Assembly (NCBI GenBank): GCA_965197745.1
Contig: CBDANS010000007.1
Span: 832,001-896,000, forward strand
Length of the DNA: 64,000 nucleotides
From: Opitutales bacterium
GTDB lineage: Bacteria; Verrucomicrobiota; Verrucomicrobiia; Opitutales; PNEW01
Direction of reading: 5' to 3'
Below the pieces are notes generated by a model. That model made no database searches and had not been told where the DNA came from. It saw only the letters and a program-made list of their open reading frames with translations. A program made the translations under genes and the position numbers. Below are positions 28,687 through 37,840 of the stretch, piece after piece (position 1 is the stretch's first letter; each line of letters begins with the position of its first letter).

Positions 28687-30393
28687 TTACCATAGCAAAA
28701 TAAAAAGCAAATAACAGACAATGATGAGATAGAATATTGCTAATAATCCCGGACGTCGATACCACGGAAGACCATCCGGGGGAACTTCGAATGGATACTC
28801 AGGTTTGATCGGCGCTTCAATTAGCGTTTTCTGCAGCCATGTGCCTTCCAACACTTTTAAGCGATGACCCATAAGTTCCCTTAAGTCCGTGGCAATAGTA
28901 TGCCTATCGTAAACCAGGCCCTTATACTCCTCCTCCTTCATCGGTCCATGAAAAATACTGATCATTCTCGATACCACAAGCATAGTTGTAGCGGGCAGAA
29001 TTATATTCCACAAATAGGTCCACCAGGTATTCGTGATCCATACCGGCCAATTCCATTCACGGGCGTCTGCGATTATCGCAAGAATTCCGTAAGTGAGGCC
29101 GGCGAGGAGACCGAATATGCCGGTGCGGCGGTGAACGCGTGTGAAGACCCCCATCAGAATAACGGTCATGAGTGGTACCGCAATGGCACCTGCCAGTCTC
29201 AGGAAAAAAAGCAACATACCTTCCTTGATAAAGGGTATATAGACAAATCCGAGCGCGATGATGAAGGGAACAGAAATTCGACCGACAAGCGTATAGTGAG
29301 CATCATCAGCTTTTCTTACGATAAAACGGGCATAAATATCACGCACGAAGAGACTGGATATGCCGATGGCAACGGAATCAAATGTAGAATAGGCGGCCGC
29401 TATGAGACCGGCCACGACCAGACCGATCAGGCCGGGAGGCAGATATTTAGCCATCATTAAAGGGTAGGCTGCGTCAACGGTTTCCAGGTTTGGAAAGTCG
29501 GCATGGGCCATGGGACCGAGGCTTACATTAAACCAAAGGCATAGCGCGGTCGCGACGCTCGCGACCAATGCCGCCATCTTGAAATCCCACTCCGATTTCG
29601 CTCCAAGGAAGCGAATGGCCTCGTACTGGTTGATCACCGCGTAGGTTGTTAAGACGACCAGAAACCCGAAGATCACGATAATCGCGGGAACACCGTCCGG
29701 CGAATATCCGCCAACATGAAGGAGGGTGTCCGCTAATTCCGGATCGATGGCAACCAGTCTTTCATTCAGACCCTTCCAACCCCCTCCTTTGACCCATACC
29801 ACTCCCCATAAAACAAAAGCGGCTACGATCATAATGGTACTCTGCAAGGCATCGGTAAGTACTCCCGCTTTCAGGCCGCCGCGGACAATGTAGAGTGCGG
29901 AAGTTATGGCTACTCCCACTACAATCATCCAGCTCCATCCCGTACCGATATTTGCAACAATCTTCAGGACGAGAAAAAGAGAGAAAAATATATTACCCAG
30001 AACATTGGTGCGGGATTGTATGTTGATTAGAACGGCAATTACGCGGGCTGCCGGTCCAAAGCGAAATTCAAGCCACTCAGCATTAGTGAAGACACCGGAG
30101 CGGTACATGGGAACGATGACGAAAAAACTCAGGACGATCCATCCCACAGCTATACCCAACCACCATGAAGATAATTGAGATAATCCTAATTCATAGGAAC
30201 CACCGACAATAGAAACATAATCACCGCTGTCGACTGCTGTTCCAAACGCAGATAATCCAATGACCCACCAGGGCATTGATTTCGCCGCCAGGTACCAGTC
30301 AAAACTTTCACCTTTGCCCCTGAAGACAACGATACCATAGAGAACGATTCCTCCATTGATTACAAGGACGAGCAACCAATCAACAAGAGTCAT
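28687..30393 (-). CDS. Sodium:solute symporter family protein
   Basis: MPWWVIGLS, EWLEFRFG, GGLKAGVLTDALQ and AAAYSTFDS motifs. Confidence 0.93.
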   Translation of the reverse strand: MTLVDWLLVLVINGGIVLYGIVVFRGKGESFDWYLAAKSMPWWVIGLSAFGTAVDSGDYVSIVGGSYELGLSQLSSWWLGIAVGWIVLSFFVIVPMYRSGVFTNAEWLEFRFGPAARVIAVLINIQSRTNVLGNIFFSLFLVLKIVANIGTGWSWMIVVGVAITSALYIVRGGLKAGVLTDALQSTIMIVAAFVLWGVVWVKGGGWKGLNERLVAIDPELADTLLHVGGYSPDGVPAIIVIFGFLVVLTTYAVINQYEAIRFLGAKSEWDFKMAALVASVATALCLWFNVSLGPMAHADFPNLETVDAAYPLMMAKYLPPGLIGLVVAGLIAAAYSTFDSVAIGISSLFVRDIYARFIVRKADDAHYTLVGRISVPFIIALGFVYIPFIKEGMLLFFLRLAGAIAVPLMTVILMGVFTRVHRRTGIFGLLAGLTYGILAIIADAREWNWPVWITNTWWTYLWNIILPATTMLVVSRMISIFHGPMKEEEYKGLVYDRHTIATDLRELMGHRLKVLEGTWLQKTLIEAPIKPEYPFEVPPDGLPWYRRPGLLAIFYLIIVCYLLFILLW

Positions 30394-30477
30394 CGAAACG
30401 TTTCTCTTTTACCCATTATTGTAACTTCCGATCACAGCGCCTGGAAAACGATTCCCTTCAAATCTTATAATCGGCCC

Positions 30478-31524
30478 CTACTTGGGAGGAAGTTGGTAAC
30501 CGTATTTTTTCATCTTGATCCGATACAGATTAGATTCACAGGTAATATAGAGCGTGTTACTTTTCGATCCTCTGCCGAATCCAACATTTGTTGGCACAAA
30601 AGGTGTCGGAATGTATGCTAATTCCTTTCCTCTTGGGGTGTAGACATAGATCCCATATCTTGTTAAATCGCGTACCGCTACATAAAGGTTGCCTTCAACA
30701 TCGACGGTGAGGCCGTCCGGTCCGTCTTGTGGCGAGTAGTCTACAAGGACTTCCCTGAAGGAAGCGGAACCATCTTCAAAGAGATCGTAGGCTAAGAGGG
30801 CCATGCGTCCTTTATGAAAGACGGTGCCTACAGGCAGGCGATCAAAGCCGAGTGCGCCGTCATCATTACTCACTACATAGAGTGTTTTCTGATCAGGTGA
30901 AATAGCGATGCCGTTTGGTCTGCCCGCATCCGTCACTATCAAGTGTATCGTTCTATCGGGATCGATGCGATAGACTCCCATTATGGGTTGATCAATCGGT
31001 TCATGCCCTAAATATCGCGGATCACTAAAATAAACGCGTTCCTTTTCGTCGATCGCGATATCATTTGGCGAATTTAACGGTCGTCTCTGGTACAAACCTG
31101 CGATGATTTCAGTCTTGCCTGTCACCAGATCAGTGCGCGTAACCCGGCGACCTCCGTAATCGGCTCCTTCCGCTACAATCATCCTTCCCCTGGCGTCAAA
31201 CTTGATACCATTGGACATCCCACTAGGGGAGCGAAATACCTTCGTTGTTCCAGTTTCCGGATTATATTTCCAGATGCGCCCCGCCTGCATATCTGATTTA
31301 AAGGTAAAGGTGATATCACTGAAGTAGACAGATCCATCGCGCGCAACTGCCGGTCCCTCTGCAAAAAAGGCGCCGCTAAAGAGCAACTCTAATTCTGCAT
31401 CGGGTGAAATAATCGTCGGGTCTCCCACCGGTTTATCACCAGCTAAGCCGTGCCCCATGAATAGAAAGAATAAAACTGGAAATAACAGGCCGATGACCCT
31501 GGGGATATTTTTCATAGATAGCAC
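30478..31524 (-). CDS. SMP-30/gluconolactonase family protein, exported
   Basis: Signal peptide; EGP, YFSD, NSPND, PNGIAISPD and PDGLTVD motifs. Confidence 0.92.
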   Translation of the reverse strand: MLSMKNIPRVIGLLFPVLFFLFMGHGLAGDKPVGDPTIISPDAELELLFSGAFFAEGPAVARDGSVYFSDITFTFKSDMQAGRIWKYNPETGTTKVFRSPSGMSNGIKFDARGRMIVAEGADYGGRRVTRTDLVTGKTEIIAGLYQRRPLNSPNDIAIDEKERVYFSDPRYLGHEPIDQPIMGVYRIDPDRTIHLIVTDAGRPNGIAISPDQKTLYVVSNDDGALGFDRLPVGTVFHKGRMALLAYDLFEDGSASFREVLVDYSPQDGPDGLTVDVEGNLYVAVRDLTRYGIYVYTPRGKELAYIPTPFVPTNVGFGRGSKSNTLYITCESNLYRIKMKKYGYQLPPK

Positions 31525-31697
31525 TTTTTTAATGATTTGATGGATTATAAGGCAAATTAACCGTATTTCTTAGGTAAATTCCTATCTTTTGGTTTCAATT
31601 CAATTTTTCTCAACTTTTTTCAAAATTATCTTGATTTACGTTATAGTGAACATAAATATACTATTCTAAATTAATAAAAAATAAAGAAAGACAAAAC

Positions 31698-32045
31698 ATG
31701 AATATTACACACATTACGGGAAATCTAACCGCCGATATAGAAACAGTGCCTTTGAAGGACAAGTCTATCTCAAAATTCACACTGGCCTGCAATCAGGGCG
31801 AACGAACGCTATTTATACCTGTGGAAGCCTGGAATCAGGATCATTTACAGAGTTATCTGAGAAAGGGTTCAAAAGTTCTTCTCAGCGGCTATCTCAAGCA
31901 GGATACCTGGCAGAATAAATCTGGTGAAAATCGCAGCCGGGTGGTCCTTGTGGCCAACAATGTAGAGTTTATCGATATCCGATCCAGAGGTAAAAATTCG
32001 AGTGAAAGTCACGGGATTAATCCTAATATGCCCGTAGTCAATTAA
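31698..32045 (+). CDS. ssb: Single-stranded DNA-binding protein (short, no acidic tail)
   Basis: MN...GNLTAD, FTLA, YLRKGSKV, GYLKQDTWQNKSGENRS. Confidence 0.9.
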   Translation: MNITHITGNLTADIETVPLKDKSISKFTLACNQGERTLFIPVEAWNQDHLQSYLRKGSKVLLSGYLKQDTWQNKSGENRSRVVLVANNVEFIDIRSRGKNSSESHGINPNMPVVN

Positions 32046-32157
32046 TCTGACTTCCAGTGATCGGCTCATCAATGACGGCCCGCTTACTTACACCCCTGAA
32101 CAATTCAGAGATTCAGCGGGATCGTCATTGGGTGCTGCATTTTATACCCTGGAGCTA

Positions 32158-32973
32158 TTATTTATTCTTTACTTCGGCCAGGTGTAATACACTCACGTAG
32201 GGATAAGACAGTTTTCCCCCGATGCTATCGATTAAATCACCAACGCGTAAAAAGAGTTCCTCTCTCTTGGTTGATTCCATTGTTCGGTGGTCTGAATAAG
32301 TGTTCAACAGTTTTAAATAGTCTTCGCGTTGATACTCGCTGATCCAGTTGTAACAATGCGATTGTATATTTTTAAATTTTCCAGAAACCTTGATCTCATT
32401 TTCTGTTTTTTCTATTCCCTCTTTCATTTTATCATCCGGCGACTTGATTTCGGCTTGTTCATCCAGGTAGAAGGGCAGTTCTTTTAAAAAATAATCCCGG
32501 TATATAGTGTCCAGTTGTGTCCAGATTTCGCGGTCCATATTATAGGGTTTATTCCAGAACAATGCTATGAAACCCTTAGGTTTTAGTACTTCCGCTGGTT
32601 TGTGATATTTTATACCAGGATCTATCCAGTGAAAGGATTGTGCTGCGGTGACCAGTCCAAATTGTTCACCCCGGGTCTCCCAGTCTTCGAATTTCGATAG
32701 CTCAATAACGACCTTAGGGTTGTGATGAAACTTTTTCTCGGCAATGGCCGCCATCGCTTTCCCCGGTTCAATAGCGAGCACGGAATGCCCGCGACGGGCA
32801 AACATTTCCGTGGCTTTGCCCGTTCCGGCACCTATTTCAAGGATACGATCACTACTCTTGAATCCACTCAATTCCAGAATATCATCGATCAGAGGTTCAG
32901 GATATGAAGGTCGCGCCTCCTCATACATGGATGCCGCGGAGTCAAATGATACTCTTCTCTTTTCGTTGATCAT
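32158..32973 (-). CDS. Class I SAM-dependent methyltransferase
   Basis: YEEARPSYP, LEIGAGTG and AAQSFHW motifs; start ATG 32973 avoids overlap with the upstream gene. Confidence 0.9.
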   Translation of the reverse strand: MINEKRRVSFDSAASMYEEARPSYPEPLIDDILELSGFKSSDRILEIGAGTGKATEMFARRGHSVLAIEPGKAMAAIAEKKFHHNPKVVIELSKFEDWETRGEQFGLVTAAQSFHWIDPGIKYHKPAEVLKPKGFIALFWNKPYNMDREIWTQLDTIYRDYFLKELPFYLDEQAEIKSPDDKMKEGIEKTENEIKVSGKFKNIQSHCYNWISEYQREDYLKLLNTYSDHRTMESTKREELFLRVGDLIDSIGGKLSYPYVSVLHLAEVKNK

Positions 32974-33010
32974 CTCTATGTGAATTGTTGAAAACTTACG
33001 GTGATGTCTG

Positions 33011-33607
33011 CTACGGCGATGAAGCGGAATTGGAGTTAGCAGCGTTCTTGTCTTTGGCATTAAGTATTTCTCTGTATTGATCGAATGCTTTGGGATAACG
33101 GTTCGAATGAAATAACTCTTTCAATTTTAAAGCATTTTCTTCGGGAGAATTGATTTCAGTATTAATTTCGAAGTCATAATCACAAAAGCCGTGGACGATT
33201 TCATACTGCCATTTAGCAAATCCAATTTTACGGTCGCCTCTTTCTTTTTCTCTTCTTTCAAGCTCCATTAGAGAACAATCTACCTTAACAAAAAATACTT
33301 TATAACCTTCAAGATTCTCGACAATTTCGTCCATCCAATCTTTTCTTTCAATAACATGGTCAATAATCATCGGAAATCCGCAGGTACCAATTAAAGGAAG
33401 AGAATGATGAAATGCACTCAGGAGTGGTAAAAGTATCCGAGGTCTTAATTCATCATTTTTCAGGTCTCGTTCATTTACCATAAAAATATATTGATCATTA
33501 GAAACGTAAAGGACCGGATCGTCCATTTCCTTTTGGAAGGCTTTAGCAACGGTAGTTTTTCCCGAGCTTGAAGTTCCGTTTAAAAATATAACGGTTCCTT
33601 TTTCCAT
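33011..33607 (-). CDS. Chloramphenicol phosphotransferase (CPT)-like kinase
   Basis: IFLNGTSSSGKTT P-loop, IIDHV, RREKERGDR and YDFEINT motifs. Confidence 0.88.
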   Translation of the reverse strand: MEKGTVIFLNGTSSSGKTTVAKAFQKEMDDPVLYVSNDQYIFMVNERDLKNDELRPRILLPLLSAFHHSLPLIGTCGFPMIIDHVIERKDWMDEIVENLEGYKVFFVKVDCSLMELERREKERGDRKIGFAKWQYEIVHGFCDYDFEINTEINSPEENALKLKELFHSNRYPKAFDQYREILNAKDKNAANSNSASSP

Positions 33608-33721
33608 CTATACTTATCAACTAAAAGACTGAAATTACGGGAGTGGATCCAGCTCAATGCTATGCGGGCTGTTATTTTTCTGTTGATCCCAACCCACTCG
33701 TAAAATGGTTGGGTCTTCTCA

Positions 33722-34504
33722 TTAGTTTAACTTCATTGTATGGATTACTATCTCTCTGCTCTGTATCAGGGCCTTGAGAGGATCTGCCAGTGCAGCATTC
33801 AGTTCCAGGCTGACGGCTCCCGCATAATCAATCTCTTTCAGCGCTGAAAACATTCGGCGTAGCGTATCTTCAGTCAGCACGCCGTCAGTCAGTGACCAGT
33901 GCAGATCGTTATTGCCGTCATTGTCATCCAAATGTACATAACCAAGTCGGGCTCCAGCATTGGCAATGACATCCGCGGGGTCTTCATCAGTCATCTGAGC
34001 ATGTCCTATGTCGAGGAGGAGGTAGAGATTGGGATGATCAATAGCTTTAATAAAATCGAGCGTCTTTGAAGCAGTAGGGAGTGAACAGCCGGGAAAGTGT
34101 TCTATACAGAGCTTTAGCCCAAGCGATGATGCCTGATCAGCAGCCTTGCAAAGAGAGCGGGTGTAGCGATCAAGGGCCTCTCGACTTCCATCACCCCCGG
34201 GGACGACATAAGCCGTTTCGGCACCAAGATTTACACCGTAATCCAGGACTTCTGAAGTATAAGATAAGGCCTGTTCAACACTATCTGCATTCTCGCTATC
34301 CAGCGATATTCCTTCCGGCATTCCAAAAGAGGCTGCGAGGCAAGAGACCCGTAAATCAAGCTTTTCGAATTGGATGCGCCCATTTTCAAGATTGAGGGTA
34401 AATGGGCGCAGGTCGATATTCTTAAAACCGGCCTCGGCGATTTGAGTCAGGTTTTCGTCATCGGGCCCTGTCAGGGCCCATACACAGCAGGACAGTCGCA
34501 TCAT
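33722..34504 (-). CDS. Sugar phosphate isomerase/epimerase (xylose isomerase-like TIM barrel)
   Basis: CIEH, LDIGH, YVHLDD and SLE metal ligands. Confidence 0.88.
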   Translation of the reverse strand: MMRLSCCVWALTGPDDENLTQIAEAGFKNIDLRPFTLNLENGRIQFEKLDLRVSCLAASFGMPEGISLDSENADSVEQALSYTSEVLDYGVNLGAETAYVVPGGDGSREALDRYTRSLCKAADQASSLGLKLCIEHFPGCSLPTASKTLDFIKAIDHPNLYLLLDIGHAQMTDEDPADVIANAGARLGYVHLDDNDGNNDLHWSLTDGVLTEDTLRRMFSALKEIDYAGAVSLELNAALADPLKALIQSREIVIHTMKLN

Positions 34505-34725
34505 GGTTAAATAGCTTATTAGTTGGAAGTGAAGTACTTAGTAATGTTACAATAAAGGGTGAGGCATCGGACAACGGCAATACTAATAAGGAGAAAATGA
34601 ATTTCAGCAAAATAGGGAGATCAACACATATGATCGCTTCTCTCTGTCAGCAGCCATTCAATACTTTTTAAACTTTCATTGTTCCTGCTTTTCCTCATTT
34701 TTATATATCTCAGGCGATTTTATTA

Positions 34726-37086
34726 ATGGCCCAGGACATCGACATTATCCAGAAAATTTTTGAGCACCGTCTTCAACAAGCGGATTTGGATGGTATTCTT
34801 GATGTTCTCTCCTCTACGGCGAGGGAAGAGCTGATCAATAAAATTGGCGATCTGTTAAAAAGGATTTCCGCACTGGTGGAAGTATCCAATAAGGTTTCCG
34901 ATACGCTCTCTCTCGATGTCTTGCTCCCGCGGTTAATGGAGATCGTTACCGAGTCGCTCAATGCTGACCGCAGTACTCTCTTTCTTTACGACCCGGAGAC
35001 CAATGATCTTTTTTCGCGTGTTGCTCTTGGTGAGTCTATGAGCGAGATCCGATTTCCCAGCCATCTAGGTATCGCCGGTTCTGTTTATACCAGTGGTGAA
35101 TCAGTGATCATTCCCGACGCCTATGCCGATTCACGGTTTAACCCTGATATTGATAAAAAGACAGGATACCGGACTCGCAATATTCTTTGCATTCCTGTTC
35201 TCAATAAACAACACAAAGCCATTGGCGTCACCCAAGTCTTAAACAAGGAGTCGGGCGACTTCGATCAGGAAGACATGACCTTACTGGCGGCATTAACCTC
35301 TCAGGCGGCCTCTGCCCTTGAGAATGCGCGCCTCTTCGAGACGGTGGAACGACAACGACGTGAAGAGGCCCAGTTGTTGGAAATTACCAGCGCCATATCA
35401 TCTGATTTGAAGTTAGACACTTTGCTGGCTAAAGTTATCGATGTTGCCACGGACATGCTGGAAGCCGAACGCAGCACCCTTTTTATGTATGATAAGAAAA
35501 CGGATGAATTGTGGTCCCGGATTGCTCAAGGACTGGAGCTTAAAGAAATCCGGTTTCCGTCGACGGCGGGTATTGCCGGCGCCAGCTTCACTTCAGGTGA
35601 TATCATCAATATTCCCGATGCCTACGATGACCCGAGATTCAATCCGGAGGTAGACAGGAAGACAGGTTACCGAACGCGCAATATTCTTTGTATGCCGATC
35701 CTTAATAAAGAAGGTCAGAGTTTGGGAGTGATGCAAGTGTTAAACAAGAAGGGAGGTCCATTCAATGTTATTGACGAGAACAGGTTGCGCGCTTTTTCCT
35801 CCCAGGCCGCTATCGCCCTCGAAAATGCGCAATTGTTCGAGGATGTCTTAAACGAGAAAAATTATAATGAAAGCATCCTGCGAAGTTTGAGCAATGGTGT
35901 CATTACTTTCAATGCCGAGAAAAAACTTATAAAAGTTAATGACGCAGCGCTGACTATTTTAAAATGGGAAATAGATGAAGTATTAGGTCAGCCTATTGAA
36001 GATTTGTTCGGCAATAAGGAAAACAGATGGATCCTCGAAAGCCTCGATAAAGTAGCTGAAAGCAATGAGGTCGATATTTCAATGGATTCTGATATCAGTC
36101 TCGAAAATAAAGAGTCAGTCTCATCGAACGTGTCATTAGTCCCTCTCATCGATGTCAACGATGAAGCGATTGGCTATATGTTGATTATTGAAGACATTAC
36201 CAGTGAAAAGCGGGTAAAAAGTACGATGGCACGCTATATGACTAAGGAAGTCGCTGATAAACTTCTGGAAGGTGGTGAAGACTCCCTCGGCGGGAATACG
36301 CAAATTGCAATGGTGCTTTTTTCTGACATCCGAAGTTTCACGACCATCTCTGAAGAGATTGGCGCCCGGGAGACGGTTACGATGCTCAATGATTATTTTA
36401 CCGATATGATTGATGTCATCTTTCAGCATGGTGGTATCCTCGACAAATATATTGGTGATGCGATTATGGCCTTATTTGGAGCGCCATTCCCAAGCCCCGA
36501 TGATCCTGAAAATGCGGTCATCGTCGCAAACGAGATGATCAGTGTTCTCCAGAATCTCAACAATGAACGTAAGCTCGAAGGTAAACTGGATATAAAAATC
36601 GGTATTGGATTAAGCACGGGTGAATTAATTGCGGGTAATATCGGATCACCCAAGCGCATGGATTACACGGCCATTGGTGATACTGTTAATCTGGCTTCAC
36701 GCCTCGAAGGGGCTACGAAATATTATAACGTGCGTATTTTATTAAGCGAATATACAGCGAAAGAATTAAAAAACGGAATTTTGTTCCGCGAAATTGATCT
36801 TATTCGGGTTAAAGGGAAAACTAAACCCGTAGCCATATTTGAGGGATTAGGCTATCACACCCCGGAGTCATTTCCCAATATGTCTAAAGCTCTGGCCGTT
36901 TTCGATAAGGGAATTAAACATTACCGTCGTCGGAATTGGAAGAGAGCGATCGAGGCCTTTCAGGAAGTCTTAAATCTTCACCATAGTGATGGTCCGTCCA
37001 AGCTTTATATAAATCGCTGCCAGCATTATCTTACAGAACCGCCACCTGAAGATTGGAGGGGAGTCTGGACGATGAAAGATAAATAA
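34726..37086 (+). CDS. Class III adenylate cyclase, GAF-GAF-PAS-CYC
   Basis: Two GAF repeats (DAY.D.RFNP..D.KTGYRTRNILC), PAS, and FSDIRSFT, DKYIGDAIM, TAIGDTVNLASRLE catalytic motifs. Confidence 0.95.
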   Translation: MAQDIDIIQKIFEHRLQQADLDGILDVLSSTAREELINKIGDLLKRISALVEVSNKVSDTLSLDVLLPRLMEIVTESLNADRSTLFLYDPETNDLFSRVALGESMSEIRFPSHLGIAGSVYTSGESVIIPDAYADSRFNPDIDKKTGYRTRNILCIPVLNKQHKAIGVTQVLNKESGDFDQEDMTLLAALTSQAASALENARLFETVERQRREEAQLLEITSAISSDLKLDTLLAKVIDVATDMLEAERSTLFMYDKKTDELWSRIAQGLELKEIRFPSTAGIAGASFTSGDIINIPDAYDDPRFNPEVDRKTGYRTRNILCMPILNKEGQSLGVMQVLNKKGGPFNVIDENRLRAFSSQAAIALENAQLFEDVLNEKNYNESILRSLSNGVITFNAEKKLIKVNDAALTILKWEIDEVLGQPIEDLFGNKENRWILESLDKVAESNEVDISMDSDISLENKESVSSNVSLVPLIDVNDEAIGYMLIIEDITSEKRVKSTMARYMTKEVADKLLEGGEDSLGGNTQIAMVLFSDIRSFTTISEEIGARETVTMLNDYFTDMIDVIFQHGGILDKYIGDAIMALFGAPFPSPDDPENAVIVANEMISVLQNLNNERKLEGKLDIKIGIGLSTGELIAGNIGSPKRMDYTAIGDTVNLASRLEGATKYYNVRILLSEYTAKELKNGILFREIDLIRVKGKTKPVAIFEGLGYHTPESFPNMSKALAVFDKGIKHYRRRNWKRAIEAFQEVLNLHHSDGPSKLYINRCQHYLTEPPPEDWRGVWTMKDK

Positions 37087-37098
37087 TACCTGCTTGTA

Positions 37099-37557
37099 TT
37101 ACGACACTGGCAATTGATTCTCTCCTTGAGAATCAGTGGTTTTAAGAGAAAGTAATGTCTCTAAAACGGTCGGACTGTAATAGACTTCGCCGGATAAAAC
37201 GGTTTCAATAGCGGACCGTAATAGGTCAAGGGTTCCCGGCTTCTCCATGATTCCTTCTGCTTTGCCGTGATAAGCGTGTTTTATGGTATTTAGATTAAGG
37301 ATACCTGAATAGATCAAGATCTTGGTTTGTGGACTTCTCTTTTTAAGGATATGCAATATTTCTAAACCGTTTACACCGGGCAATCGAATATCAACAATCG
37401 CAAGATCAGGTTTTAATGAGATGCATTCCTTTATCGCTATCTCTCCGTCTCCTTCACAACTGACTATCTTAAAGTCGTCAAAGCATTCATTTATAACTGC
37501 GGCAATCGTGTCGCAAGATAATTTATCATCTTCAATTATGTAGATGCGCTTATTCAT
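37099..37557 (-). CDS. Receiver-only NarL-type response regulator
   Basis: IIEDD, DLAIVDIRLPG, YSG and GEVYYSP motifs; ends before any HTH. Confidence 0.88.
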   Translation of the reverse strand: MNKRIYIIEDDKLSCDTIAAVINECFDDFKIVSCEGDGEIAIKECISLKPDLAIVDIRLPGVNGLEILHILKKRSPQTKILIYSGILNLNTIKHAYHGKAEGIMEKPGTLDLLRSAIETVLSGEVYYSPTVLETLLSLKTTDSQGENQLPVS

Positions 37558-37840
37558 TTCCCGGAAATGAGCAAAACTTAATCATTGTAAGGCTATAGAG
37601 ACTTATAACGTCGTATTAAAATCATTGGTAACGAGACAGATTGACTGATCGCAAAGAGCTTGATGAGCCATTTGAATCAATTTAACTCAAGTAACGCTTA
37701 TTATTCTTAAGAAGAATTAATCAATAGCTTAAGTATAAATGCGTATGTAGCAAGTGTATACTAAAGCTATACAAGAATGTATTGATACTATAATTTCAAA
37801 GTGATGAAAAATCCTTATTGCTGTAAATGATTAACCGATA

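Noticed and set aside
28900..29460. 186-aa plus-strand ORF and other long antisense ORFs (11918-12415, 12446-12934, 27613-28032, 62658-63525)
   Set aside because: Fully antisense to confidently assigned genes.
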